Source: Acidimicrobiia bacterium
Lineage (GTDB): Bacteria; Actinomycetota; Acidimicrobiia; Spongiisociales; JAENVV01
Assembly (NCBI GenBank): GCA_024637275.1
Contig: JAGXFS010000140.1
Span: 11,562 to 75,561 of the forward strand
DNA: 64,000 nt
Direction: 5' to 3'
Below the pieces are notes generated by a model. That model saw only the letters and a list, made by a program, of their open reading frames with translations. It ran no database searches and was not told the origin of the DNA. Shown one piece after another: positions 26,778 through 38,899 of the stretch. The stretch's first letter is position 1, and each line of letters starts with the position of its first letter. A program made the translations under genes and the position numbers.

Positions 26778-28832
26778 TCAGTCCGCCGATGGGTCAATGT
26801 AGACAGCATTTACGTTGAGCTTCTCAGATTCGTAATGAAGGCCGAGGTCGTAGAGAACGATCCGCCCCCCATCCTGTGCGTAAACGAGGCGCGGTGGGGT
26901 GAGGCTGCCAAATCCTCCCGCTTCCAGTCCGTACTCCACGACCTTGTAGTCGAGGTCGACCGTGACCATCGGCAGCTTCGTCTCAAACCAGGTGCGCGAG
27001 CGTGCGGCCAGGCCGTCCACCGTGGACCCGGTACACCAGCCATTGACCGTCACCGAACCCGACACGGTGTACTCAAGGCGCGGTCGCCCTGGAGAAGAGA
27101 TCGTACTCGTGATCGGAACACCGCCCCAGAGTTGGACCGTGTTGGCAATGTTGGTACCGCTGCCGCAATTGGAGCCGTAGTTGGCACGGTAGTCAACAGC
27201 AGACGCAGTCCCGTTCGGATTCACGACCACATACCTACGAAGGGCGGGATCCCATTGTTTGATGATCATGGTGGTCATGATCGGGTTCGGGTTGGCGATG
27301 ACGCCCTGTCCGGCAAGCACGTTGACCTGCACGTCGGGCATGGTGACAACCACCCAACCGTGAAAGTCGCCGGTTCCGCCGTTATCCGGATACGCCGTAT
27401 CGTCAAAGAAGTGAAGGTTTCCGCCGTCGTAGTTGTCGAGTGACGCAGCGATCTGCTGATACCCGTCGATTGGGGTGTCATCACGATCGACGGTCCCGCC
27501 GAAGACGATGGCCGAGGTTGGGAAGCTGGGGTTCTCCCGCCGGAACATATCGAACTTGTAGGAAGCGGCGTCAAGCGCAGAGACCCAGTTGCTATACATC
27601 ACACGTAATGACGATGGCGTGGTCTCGGTGTATTCGGTGAACCCAACGGCCATCTTGGCGGGGAACTTTGTCGTCGTCGCCAACTGAGCGAAGGGAAACT
27701 TGTCGTCGGGTGGTGGCGCGGCCGGAACCGGGTCGACCTCAGTAAACAGGTAGCCATTGATCGCGTAGTCCGAAGTTTCCGTGATCTGGAGATCCTGATC
27801 AGCCGGTCCGGCGTAGTTGAGTCTCGCCAACGGTTGATTGAAAAGGACGCCGTTCGCCCCGAACTGCAGTGGCGGAATGGTGCTGGCGTCGTCGTCGCTA
27901 AGAAACTCCGTCTTCGCCGCGGGCAGTGTGAGGACCGGGTCGTCGAGCGTACCGTATAAGCCATCGGGACCTTCCCACTGGAGGCGCGACGAGTCGGTAC
28001 CAGAAACCCGAATTGATGACCCGGACACGAAGTCCGATGTAGCGCTCACCGTGGCGATTGGGAAGTTCACCGATGCATCAAACTGCTGGCGTTCATTTAT
28101 GGTCGACCAGAAGATCTCTGGAAGACCACCCGGTTGCGTCCAGGTCTCAACGTCGGTTCCGTGCGCATACGCACCGGCATAGACCCCGGACTTCGACGGC
28201 CCAATCCGCAGGGCGCCACCAGCCATATTCACCGTACCTGAAACGAACGGCTGGGACGGTTCCTGATACTCGGACACAATCGTCTCAAGCCGTACTTCTT
28301 TGCGGAAACCACCCGGCGGGACCCATTGCACGATCGCTGTTAGCCGGCGAGCAATCTCGTCGCCGGTCACCGGGTTTTCGATCGACGTCACGAACAGATA
28401 TCTGTCGTACACGGAGGTGTCGCGCTGCACCGATTCGTAGAAGTTCAAGAATGGGCGGAACGTGTCGGCATTCGAGAACACGACTGTCTCGCCGCCGAAG
28501 ATGTACTCATCCGCGACACCGTCGTAGATGAGATCACCGGCAGTGAACGGACTCCCGATGTAGCACCCGACTTGCTCGGTGGCGCAGCTATTACCACGAG
28601 TTGAAGTGGCAAGACCCATGTGTTCCCACTCCAACGCCTGGCCTCGTTCGATTAGCTCGGAGGCGAACGCCGAGGCAACCGCCTGCTTGCGGGTTTCCAC
28701 GATGACCCTGGTACCGGAGTCGAAGGTACGCAACAGCACAACCATGAGACCAAAGATGATCACAAGCGAGACCATGGCTTCGACAAGGGTGAAGCCCCTG
28801 TCATCATTCGGAACGCGGTGCAGTAAACGCAT
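26778..28832 (-). CDS. Giant (~685 aa) prepilin-type protein: a minor pilin with a large C-terminal module
   Basis: Leader MRLLHRVPNDDRG, then FTLVEAMVSLVIIFGLMVVLL (class III signal peptide, Glu +5). It is followed by more than 600 aa of soluble, G/T/S/N/Y-rich sequence. The track ORF begins at a TTG at 28841 and the ATG at 28832 is preferred. Confidence 0.65.
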   Translation of the reverse strand: MRLLHRVPNDDRGFTLVEAMVSLVIIFGLMVVLLRTFDSGTRVIVETRKQAVASAFASELIERGQALEWEHMGLATSTRGNSCATEQVGCYIGSPFTAGDLIYDGVADEYIFGGETVVFSNADTFRPFLNFYESVQRDTSVYDRYLFVTSIENPVTGDEIARRLTAIVQWVPPGGFRKEVRLETIVSEYQEPSQPFVSGTVNMAGGALRIGPSKSGVYAGAYAHGTDVETWTQPGGLPEIFWSTINERQQFDASVNFPIATVSATSDFVSGSSIRVSGTDSSRLQWEGPDGLYGTLDDPVLTLPAAKTEFLSDDDASTIPPLQFGANGVLFNQPLARLNYAGPADQDLQITETSDYAINGYLFTEVDPVPAAPPPDDKFPFAQLATTTKFPAKMAVGFTEYTETTPSSLRVMYSNWVSALDAASYKFDMFRRENPSFPTSAIVFGGTVDRDDTPIDGYQQIAASLDNYDGGNLHFFDDTAYPDNGGTGDFHGWVVVTMPDVQVNVLAGQGVIANPNPIMTTMIIKQWDPALRRYVVVNPNGTASAVDYRANYGSNCGSGTNIANTVQLWGGVPITSTISSPGRPRLEYTVSGSVTVNGWCTGSTVDGLAARSRTWFETKLPMVTVDLDYKVVEYGLEAGGFGSLTPPRLVYAQDGGRIVLYDLGLHYESEKLNVNAVYIDPSAD

Positions 28833-28948
28833 ACCTACCAAGTATCGGTCAGACTGCCCGTCAACCTTGACCTTTTTCGGGCCTGGCGGCCGGTCTAACC
28901 CCGCCTGCCACGATGAGACTAGTTACCCAGGGGTTCTCGCCTGCCTGG

Positions 28949-31135
28949 TTACTCGGTTCCGTCACCCTTCGGCACGATCCGGAATGCGTCATATACCCCA
29001 TCAACCGACCGAAGCATGTTCTGGATGCGGGCGACGTGGCCCGGATCAGACAACTCGACCTCATACCGGAGAACGGCCACCCGATCACGCCCGGTAGCCG
29101 ACGATGACGCAACAATATTCCCACCGACGTCAGTGAATACCCCGGTCACATCTCGAAGCAAGCCGGCCCGGTCGAACGCCTCCACCTGGATCCAGACGGC
29201 GAACCGCCCGACCCGGTCAGGTGACCAGGAGACATCGATCATTCGATCCCGCTGATCGGTCAGAACCGCCAGGTTCGTGCAATCGGATCGATGTACTGAG
29301 ACTCCTCTGCCAACGGTTACGAACCCGACAATCTCGTCACCGGGAACCGGCGCACAACATTGAGCAACCCGAACCAGGACATCGTCCAAACCTTCGACGA
29401 TGATGCCAGGACCGGTCGAACGCACGGTTCGTTGACGAGGCGGAGAAATGAGATCGTCTGACTCCGCGTCAATCTCGGGACGCACTTCGCGCGTTATCCG
29501 ATGAGCAACGTTGGTGGCGCTCGCCCCGCCCTCACCAACTGCCACAAAAAGCGACTCTGTGGAGGCGTGGCCAAGTTCCTGGGCGACAGTTTCGAGAAGC
29601 TGGTCTCGACGACTGGCATTGAGTCCCAGTCCTTCCTTCCGAAGCGCTTCGAAGACGGCTTCCTTGCCGTCGGTGATCGCGGCCTCCCGACGCTCCTTCG
29701 AGAACCATTGGCGGATCTTTGCTTTGGCTCGCGAGCTGCGGACGAACTTCAGCCAATCCCGGCTCGGTCCCGCGTCTGGCGCCTTGGACGTCAGGATTTC
29801 GACGAGATCGCCCGAGTTCAACTGCGTGTCTAGCGCGACAAGCCGACCGTTCACTTTGGCGCCAGTGCACCGGTGACCGACCTCCGTGTGCACGACATAG
29901 GCAAAATCAACCGGGGTGGCTCCGCGAGGCAACGAGTAGACACGCCCACGGGGCGAAAGCACAAAGACCTCGTCCTGGTACAGATCGAGCTTGAGATGGG
30001 TCAGGAACTCCTCGGGTTCGGCGTATTCGTCCTGGAGTCGCCGGATGTCAGCCATCCACGGCAGCGAATCAGAATCAACCCGCTCCTTGTATCGCCAGTG
30101 CGCCGCTATGCCGAACTCGGCGCGCTCATGCATTTCGTGGGTGCGGATCTGCACCTCGAGTGGCTTACGGTCGGGTCCAATAACCGTCGTATGAATCGAT
30201 TGATAGAGGTTGAATTTTGGCATGGCGATGTAATCCTTGAACCGGCCCTGGACCGGTGGCCACAAGGTGTGGATCAGCCCAAGCGCGCCGTAACAAGCTT
30301 GCACGTCGGCGACGATGATTCGGATGCCGATCAGATCGTGAATATCTTCGAATTGCTGGCCTGACTCCACCATCTTCTTATAGATCGAATAGTGATGTTT
30401 GGGTCGCCCCGAAACGAGCGCCGGTATGCCCGCTTCACCCAGAACCCCGTCGACCTCGCCGATGGCCTTGTCGATAATCGCCTCCCGTTGCGGAGATCGA
30501 TAGGCGATCAGCTCCGAGATCTCCTCGTACCGTTTGGGATAGAGCACGGCGAAACAACGGTTTTCCATCTCATGTTTGATCTCCTGGACACCAAGTCGGT
30601 GGGCCAGCGGCGCGTAGATTTCGAGGGTCTCAACGACGACTCGCTGCTGCTGTTCGGGAGACAGAAAGTCGATAGTTCGGATGTTGTGCAGTCGATCGGC
30701 AAGTTTGATGAGCAACACTCGCACGTCCTGAGCCATTGCCACGACCATTTTGCGGATCGTGGCCGCCTGGGCTTCTTCGCGACTATCAAAATGGACTCGA
30801 TCGAGCTTGGTCACTCCGTCGATAAGGGCAGCCACCGTTGATCCAAACTGAGCGGTGATGTCCTCAATGGTCGTGCTCGTGTCCTCGACCGTGTCATGCA
30901 AAAGCGCCGCCACGAGTGTGTCACGATCCATCCCGTATCCAGCCAGGATCTCCGTCACCGCGACCGGATGGGTGATGTACGGCAGGCCGGACTTGCGCAC
31001 CTGTCCGGCGTGCTGACGATCGGCAAGCTCATAAGCCTCCACCAGGAGCTCCAGATCATGGGGTTCCCAGTGGCGATCACCAACTACGTGATCGAGCGCT
31101 GCGGGCACGGCACCCGGTCCGCTAGGCATAAACAA
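28949..31135 (-). CDS. relA: Bifunctional (p)ppGpp synthetase/hydrolase Rel
   Basis: 728 aa with the HD hydrolase domain (HD motif in YITHPVAV), the RelA/SpoT synthetase domain, and TGS and ACT domains. Conserved apt-relA arrangement. Confidence 0.9.
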   Translation of the reverse strand: MFMPSGPGAVPAALDHVVGDRHWEPHDLELLVEAYELADRQHAGQVRKSGLPYITHPVAVTEILAGYGMDRDTLVAALLHDTVEDTSTTIEDITAQFGSTVAALIDGVTKLDRVHFDSREEAQAATIRKMVVAMAQDVRVLLIKLADRLHNIRTIDFLSPEQQQRVVVETLEIYAPLAHRLGVQEIKHEMENRCFAVLYPKRYEEISELIAYRSPQREAIIDKAIGEVDGVLGEAGIPALVSGRPKHHYSIYKKMVESGQQFEDIHDLIGIRIIVADVQACYGALGLIHTLWPPVQGRFKDYIAMPKFNLYQSIHTTVIGPDRKPLEVQIRTHEMHERAEFGIAAHWRYKERVDSDSLPWMADIRRLQDEYAEPEEFLTHLKLDLYQDEVFVLSPRGRVYSLPRGATPVDFAYVVHTEVGHRCTGAKVNGRLVALDTQLNSGDLVEILTSKAPDAGPSRDWLKFVRSSRAKAKIRQWFSKERREAAITDGKEAVFEALRKEGLGLNASRRDQLLETVAQELGHASTESLFVAVGEGGASATNVAHRITREVRPEIDAESDDLISPPRQRTVRSTGPGIIVEGLDDVLVRVAQCCAPVPGDEIVGFVTVGRGVSVHRSDCTNLAVLTDQRDRMIDVSWSPDRVGRFAVWIQVEAFDRAGLLRDVTGVFTDVGGNIVASSSATGRDRVAVLRYEVELSDPGHVARIQNMLRSVDGVYDAFRIVPKGDGTE

Positions 31136-31643
31136 CCAGCGCCGACAGCGGGGTGCCGTTCAGACGGGACGCTCCCGCCAGAAACGCCAATTCGACATAA
31201 ACCGAGAGGCCGACCACGGTGGCGCCTAGCTCCTCAATCAGTTGGATGGCCGCCGCAGCGGTGCCGCCGGTAGCGATGACATCGTCCACTACCAGAACCC
31301 GATCGCCTGGACCGACTGCATCGGCATGGAGTTCGAGCACGTCGGTTCCGTACTCGAGCTCGTAGGACACCGAGCGAGTTGCAGCTGGCAGCTTTCCGGG
31401 CTTGCGGACGGGGACAAAACCGAGTCCGAGCCGGTCAGCTACCGCGGTGGCCAGGATGAATCCCCGCGCCTCGATCCCCGCAACGTGGGTCAGCCCCTGC
31501 CCAACATAAGGTGCGACCATATCGGTGATCACCGACTGGAACGCTGCGGCATCCGCGAGCACCGGGGTGATGTCCTTGAAGACAATTCCCGGTGTCGGGA
31601 AGTCGGGGATGTCGCGAATGAGGTCGATCGAAGAATGGGGCAC
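31122..31643 (-). CDS. apt: Adenine phosphoribosyltransferase
   Basis: 173 aa with the PRPP-binding motif VLVVDDVIATGGT. Confidence 0.9.
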   Translation of the reverse strand: MPHSSIDLIRDIPDFPTPGIVFKDITPVLADAAAFQSVITDMVAPYVGQGLTHVAGIEARGFILATAVADRLGLGFVPVRKPGKLPAATRSVSYELEYGTDVLELHADAVGPGDRVLVVDDVIATGGTAAAAIQLIEELGATVVGLSVYVELAFLAGASRLNGTPLSALVVYA

Positions 31644-31688
31644 GGATTGAGTCTACTGCGACCCTTCCCCAGTAGGGGGCACCGGCGG

Positions 31689-32768
31689 CTAGCGGCGCTT
31701 CTTTTTTGGCGGGCGTGGGGCGCCTGAGCTGGAAATGGGACGCCGTGAATCGAACGATCCGCCTGCGACACTACGGGGTGCTCCGGTTTCCTCTTCTGGC
31801 ACTTCTTTGACTTTCGTCGGCCGTTTGGGCGGCTCGGCATCAACCTTGGGAACCCGCAAGTGCAGGGCAGCGACCAGTGGCGACGCGATGAAGATCGACG
31901 AGTACGTACCAGCGGCGATTCCAACGAATAGCGCAAGGGCGAAGTCGGTAAGCGTGCCGGCACCCAACAAGAGCGATCCGACGATGAGTACCGACCCAAC
32001 CGGGATCAGCGAGGTAAGGGAGGTAAAGATTGACCGCATGAGAACCAGGTTCATAGCCCGGTTGACGACCTCCCCGTAGTCGAGGCGAGCTTCCTCTGTC
32101 TCGATCTCTTTGATCTTGTCATACACGACGACCGTGTCATACAGGGAATACCCCAAGATGGTAAGAACCGCCACCACTGTCGAGGGCGTCACTTCAAACC
32201 CCGACAGCGAATAGAGCCCGGCCGTAATGACGAGGTCGTGGAAGAGTGCCGCAATCCCGCCGATCGCCATTCGCCACTCAAAACGCCAGGCGATGAAGAG
32301 GCTGACAACCCCAACAAATACCGCCAGTGCCAGCAAAGCCCGACTGGCGATCTGAGCTCCGAACGTTGGACCGACCGATCGGTAGTCAATGGCGTCGGAG
32401 GCAACCCCCACCGCTTCGGAAATTGTGGAAACCACTTCGCTCCGCTTGTCCTCGGTCAGGGTCTCGGTGCGAATCCGGAAGGTTTGCCCGTCGCCCAATT
32501 CCTCAATCCGAACAGCAGTCAAACCGAGCGGTTCTATTCTGGACCGGAGCTCGGGGATCGACAGACCCGCAATGTTCTCGACCTGGATCGACGAGCCACC
32601 TATGAAGTCAATGCTCAGGTTCAGGCCCAGCTCGCCGGGGCCTTGACGAAGCCCGAGACTCAGCAGCGAAATGGCGATGATGATCGCTGAAATCGTAAAC
32701 CAACGCCGACGCGGACCGACGAAGTCGATATCAGCGGTGCCGTTACGAAGTTCTGTAAATTTGCTCAT
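31689..32768 (-). CDS. secF: Protein translocase subunit SecF with a basic, Pro-rich C-terminal tail
   Basis: 359 aa with six TM segments of the SecF fold. A C-terminal ~60-aa tail (PPKRPTKVKEVPEE...APRPPKKKRR) is atypical for SecF. Confidence 0.85.
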   Translation of the reverse strand: MSKFTELRNGTADIDFVGPRRRWFTISAIIIAISLLSLGLRQGPGELGLNLSIDFIGGSSIQVENIAGLSIPELRSRIEPLGLTAVRIEELGDGQTFRIRTETLTEDKRSEVVSTISEAVGVASDAIDYRSVGPTFGAQIASRALLALAVFVGVVSLFIAWRFEWRMAIGGIAALFHDLVITAGLYSLSGFEVTPSTVVAVLTILGYSLYDTVVVYDKIKEIETEEARLDYGEVVNRAMNLVLMRSIFTSLTSLIPVGSVLIVGSLLLGAGTLTDFALALFVGIAAGTYSSIFIASPLVAALHLRVPKVDAEPPKRPTKVKEVPEEETGAPRSVAGGSFDSRRPISSSGAPRPPKKKRR

Positions 32769-34300
32769 TTTCCCGCGAACCCCCGGATCGAGAAGGCCCC
32801 ACCGTCGCCCAATTTCGTCTCAGACATGATCCTCACGGCGTGACGGGTGAACCATCGGGCCACAATCAAGTCGAGGATTGTCGCAACTCCGAGCGCCAGG
32901 GCGAAGCCCTTCACCCGGTCAACGGCCAGCGTGTACAACAGGAAAGCTCCCATGAGGGACACGAAGTCGGCTGTCAAGATGGTTCGGTACGCCTTCTTGA
33001 AACCTTCGGTCACGGCTGCGTACATAGGCGCGCCGCCGCGCAACTCTTCCTTTATTCGTTCGAAATAGACGATATAGCTATCAGCGGTGATCCCGACCGA
33101 CACGACGATGCCGGTCACGCCGGCCAGCGTCAATGAAAGGCCGCGCACGCTTCCCAACAAGGTGTACGACAGAATGAGTAAGGACCCGAACACCGTGAGA
33201 CCTACGACCGCAACGACGCCCAGCGAGCGGTAGTAGGCAAGCAGCACGATGGCCACAATCGCCAGACCAATTATCCCCGCGGTGATCGCCGACTGCAACG
33301 AATCGGCGCCAAGTGTCGCGGAGACCTTCTCAACGTTGCCAACTTCGAGCGAGATCGGCAGGGCTCCGTAACGCAGAACGATCGTCAGCTGGGCAGCTTC
33401 GGCCGCCGCAGCGTCGTCGGTACCTCCGATTCCGATAGACGCTCGACCACCGGAGATCCCGATGGCCGGATCGACGCTGGCGGCCACCGGCGGAGCCGTA
33501 AGAATTTCGCCGTCGAGCACGATGGCGATCCGGCGGCTCGGATGCACGATGATGCTCGAGAGCCCGTTGGGTAGACAGGTAGCGGCGTCCTTGGTGAGTT
33601 GCGTGAAAGCGCCTTCGCCTTCGGAATTGAGGGTTAGCGAGACGCTCCAACCAGCGTCGGCAGCAGAGTTTCCTTGAAGTTGCGCCAGGGCGTCTCCGAT
33701 ACCGGTTCCCATCAACTGAGCGGGGCCGACGAGGTATTGGGCGGTGACGGCTCCCGTGTCATCGTGCACCGGGAGCCAGGCTGCCTGATCGGGATCATCG
33801 GGCGTAGTGAACCCTTCGGCGTCAACCGGAGGGGTCGGGAACGGCTGACTATCGACGTCGTACACCGCCGGGCACGGCCCGAACGTATCCACTGCCGACG
33901 AACCGTCGGCCAGACGTTCGTCGTAGACGGCCCGAAACGACAGCTGGCCCGTCTGTCCGAGGACATTCAAGGCCTCGTCCAGGTTCTCGACACCCGGCAA
34001 CTGCACCAGCACGTCAAGGTTGTCCGAGTCTCCGACGACCGTTATCTCTGGTTCCTGAACGTTTCCAATTCCCTCAATTCGGGCCCGGAGAACATCGACG
34101 GCGACGTCGAGCACATCGGGGTCGGTACCGGGGGGAGACGTCAGAAGCGCTTCAACGCCGCCACGCAAGTCCAGTCCAAGCAGCGGGTAGCTGCCGTTTG
34201 AAAAGCTGTAGGCAATGCCTCCCCAAGCGATCACCAGGATGATCGCCAGACGGATAATGCTACGACGCATTGCCATCTCCGAGGCGTTGGGCGATGGCAC
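32765..34300 (-). CDS. secD: Protein translocase subunit SecD
   Basis: 511 aa with an N-terminal TM helix, a large periplasmic-type P1 domain and a C-terminal 5-TM bundle. The stop overlaps the secF start. Confidence 0.85.
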   Translation of the reverse strand: MPSPNASEMAMRRSIIRLAIILVIAWGGIAYSFSNGSYPLLGLDLRGGVEALLTSPPGTDPDVLDVAVDVLRARIEGIGNVQEPEITVVGDSDNLDVLVQLPGVENLDEALNVLGQTGQLSFRAVYDERLADGSSAVDTFGPCPAVYDVDSQPFPTPPVDAEGFTTPDDPDQAAWLPVHDDTGAVTAQYLVGPAQLMGTGIGDALAQLQGNSAADAGWSVSLTLNSEGEGAFTQLTKDAATCLPNGLSSIIVHPSRRIAIVLDGEILTAPPVAASVDPAIGISGGRASIGIGGTDDAAAAEAAQLTIVLRYGALPISLEVGNVEKVSATLGADSLQSAITAGIIGLAIVAIVLLAYYRSLGVVAVVGLTVFGSLLILSYTLLGSVRGLSLTLAGVTGIVVSVGITADSYIVYFERIKEELRGGAPMYAAVTEGFKKAYRTILTADFVSLMGAFLLYTLAVDRVKGFALALGVATILDLIVARWFTRHAVRIMSETKLGDGGAFSIRGFAGK

Positions 34301-34565
34301 GTCGATCGAATTCGGCTTGACCCTCCGTCAGGCGCAAGACGACTGTGTCGTCGGTTACCGCGACGACCGTCCCATGCAACCCGGACGCTGTCCTAACTCG
34401 GTCGCCGACCTCGACGGCGCGGGCCAGGGCGAGCCTTTCCTGCTGACGCCGCCGCTGCGGACGCACAAAGAGGAAGTAATAGACGACGAACATGCCGCCG
34501 AATAACAAGATGGTGCTGAGCCCACCAGAGGATGGGGCAGGCTCAGTTTGGAAAGCCAATAACAT
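34260..34565 (-). CDS. yajC: Preprotein translocase subunit YajC
   Basis: 101 aa with a single TM helix (ILLFGGMFVVYYFLFVRPQRRR) and the YajC C-terminal beta domain. Confidence 0.8.
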   Translation of the reverse strand: MLLAFQTEPAPSSGGLSTILLFGGMFVVYYFLFVRPQRRRQQERLALARAVEVGDRVRTASGLHGTVVAVTDDTVVLRLTEGQAEFDRRAIAQRLGDGNAS

Positions 34566-34582
34566 TTGAGACGCTCCGAGTC

Positions 34583-36729
<2,147 letters not shown>

Positions 36730-36761
36730 CAGCGGCGCAGATTAGGCATCAGCGGCGCAGG

Positions 36762-37784
36762 TTAGGACAGCAGCATGCCCTGCCCGCCGGGCGGGTCGAC
36801 TCCCAGGTGTGCGTACGCGGCAGGCGTTGCAACGCGGCCCCGCGGGGTGCGGCGCAACAACCCGCTTTGCATGAGGAAAGGTTCGTAGGCGTCTTCTACC
36901 GTTTCCGGTTCCTCGCCAACGGCGATCGCCAACGTTGAAAGACCGACTGGCCCACCGCTAAAGGTCGTGACAATCGCCTGCAGAATCGCCCGGTCGACCT
37001 TGTCGAGGCCCAGCTCATCAACTTCAAACACCTTCAGTGCCGCCTGAGCCGTCTCCTCATCAACGACACCGTCAGCGCGAGCCACCGCATAGTCATGCAT
37101 CCGAGCCAGCAGTCGGTTGGCGATGCGGGGAGTTCCTCGACTCCGGCTCGCTACTAATCCACTTCCGCTCGGTGTGATTTCGACGTCGAGCAAGCTGGCC
37201 GACCGTTGGATGATCTGATCGAGCTCATCGGCATCATAGAAATCGAGCTTGTCGACGATCCCGAATCGGTCGCGCAACGGGGCTGCGACCTTGCCTTTGC
37301 GGGTGGTTGCCGCGACCAAAGTGAACCGTGGCAGGTCCAATCGGAGTGACTGGGCGCCGGGGCCTTTTCCGACCACCAGGTCAAGCTGGAAGTCCTCCAT
37401 CGCCGGATACAGCACTTCTTCGACAACCCGAGGGAGCCGATGGATTTCGTCAATGAAGAACACATCACGCTCGTCAAGATGCGTGAGGATCGAAGCCAGG
37501 TCTCCTGGTCGCTCGAGCGCTGGACCCGAGGTAACCCGAAGGCGCGAACCGAGTTCGTTGGCCACGATCTGGGCAAGGGTGGTCTTCCCGAGACCCGGCG
37601 GGCCGGACAGCAAGACATGATCGAGTGGTTTACCAAGTGTCGCGGCTGCTTCCAACGAGATCATCAGCCGTTCTTTGAGTTTCGCCTGCCCAACAAAGTC
37701 CTGGAGCGTTTGGGGCCGAAGCGTTACCTCGGTGACCAGGTCATCCTCGATGGGCGCCGCTGTTAACACACTCTCTTCCCTCAT
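36762..37784 (-). CDS. ruvB: Holliday junction branch migration helicase RuvB
   Basis: 340 aa with Walker A ([13 protein letters not shown]) and Walker B ([10 protein letters not shown]), plus a winged-helix C-terminus. Confidence 0.95.
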   Translation of the reverse strand: MREESVLTAAPIEDDLVTEVTLRPQTLQDFVGQAKLKERLMISLEAAATLGKPLDHVLLSGPPGLGKTTLAQIVANELGSRLRVTSGPALERPGDLASILTHLDERDVFFIDEIHRLPRVVEEVLYPAMEDFQLDLVVGKGPGAQSLRLDLPRFTLVAATTRKGKVAAPLRDRFGIVDKLDFYDADELDQIIQRSASLLDVEITPSGSGLVASRSRGTPRIANRLLARMHDYAVARADGVVDEETAQAALKVFEVDELGLDKVDRAILQAIVTTFSGGPVGLSTLAIAVGEEPETVEDAYEPFLMQSGLLRRTPRGRVATPAAYAHLGVDPPGGQGMLLS

Positions 37785-38356
37785 ACGCTTCCTCCCAGCA
37801 GTCGCAACGCCTGGCGAATCTGCTCTTCGGTCGTTTCGTTATGCGGGAGCGAGCCCACCACGTCACGGATCTCCGCCGTCGTGTACCCGAGTCCTTCAAG
37901 AGCATCCCGGACATGCTGGGTGACGCCCGCTGAGCCGACGACCGCCACGTCGAGCCCCGCCAGTTTCGGTTTGAGTTCAAGGATGATTTTCTGTGCGGAT
38001 CGCTTGCCGATTCCCGGCACAACGGTCAAGCCGTCGGCGTCCTCGGACAGGATGATTCGATTGATCTCCTCCGTCGAAAGCGACGAGATCATCGCGAGCG
38101 CCACTTTGGGGCCAACCCCGGGAGCGCCCAGTAGCAGTCGGAACATGTCGAGGGCCGATTCGTCGCTAAACCCGTACAACACCATGGCGTCCTCTCGAAC
38201 GTGCAGATGGGTGTGGAGGACTACCTCTTCGCCAACTCCTGGGAGATCGCGAGCCGTCGAGGTGGGGACCGAAACCGAGTAGCCAACTCCCCCGACTTCG
38301 ACCAGCACCCGGTCGGGTCGGTGACTCACCAAGGTTCCGCGCAGTCGCTCGATCAT
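37781..38356 (-). CDS. ruvA: Holliday junction DNA helicase subunit RuvA
   Basis: 191 aa ([10 protein letters not shown]...) with an OB fold and HhH motifs. Confidence 0.9.
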   Translation of the reverse strand: MIERLRGTLVSHRPDRVLVEVGGVGYSVSVPTSTARDLPGVGEEVVLHTHLHVREDAMVLYGFSDESALDMFRLLLGAPGVGPKVALAMISSLSTEEINRIILSEDADGLTVVPGIGKRSAQKIILELKPKLAGLDVAVVGSAGVTQHVRDALEGLGYTTAEIRDVVGSLPHNETTEEQIRQALRLLGGSV

Positions 38357-38838
38357 TGGGCAACTCGCAACCGGGCCGACTGCAGATGGCAGAGCGCCAC
38401 GGCGACGGCGTCAGCCGCATCGGCCGGCTGGGGTGCGGCAGCTAGGTCGAGGCGCCGCATAATCATGTGCTGCACTTGCTCCTTGGTAGCCGAGCCGTAT
38501 CCGCAAACGGCTGACTTGACTGCAGAAGGGGTGTACTCGAACATTGGAATCCCCCGCTCGGCTGCGACCAGGATGATCACCCCGCTGGCCCTGGCTACCG
38601 ACATGGCCGTTTGGAGATTCTGGTTCACGAACACCGACTCGAGGGCGAGCACTTCGGGCTCATGATCAGATACCACCGCAGAGAGGTCTCGATAGAGCTC
38701 GGCCAAGCGCTCACTGAGCGTGTCCTGTCGGGTCGTGCGGATGACTCCAACCGACCGCAGCGACGGTTTGTGGCCGTGATCGGACAACACGGCATAGCCG
38801 GTGCGCGTCAGACCGGGATCAACGCCTAATACGAACAT
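38353..38838 (-). CDS. ruvC: Holliday junction resolvase RuvC
   Basis: 161 aa starting MFVLGVDPGLTRTGYAVL, which carries the RuvC catalytic Asp. Confidence 0.9.
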   Translation of the reverse strand: MFVLGVDPGLTRTGYAVLSDHGHKPSLRSVGVIRTTRQDTLSERLAELYRDLSAVVSDHEPEVLALESVFVNQNLQTAMSVARASGVIILVAAERGIPMFEYTPSAVKSAVCGYGSATKEQVQHMIMRRLDLAAAPQPADAADAVAVALCHLQSARLRVAQ

Positions 38839-38899
38839 ATGTTTGGGTACTGTAGCGGGTGCGCCCCGTCAATTGTGGCATCACCGGGTGATCCACGAG

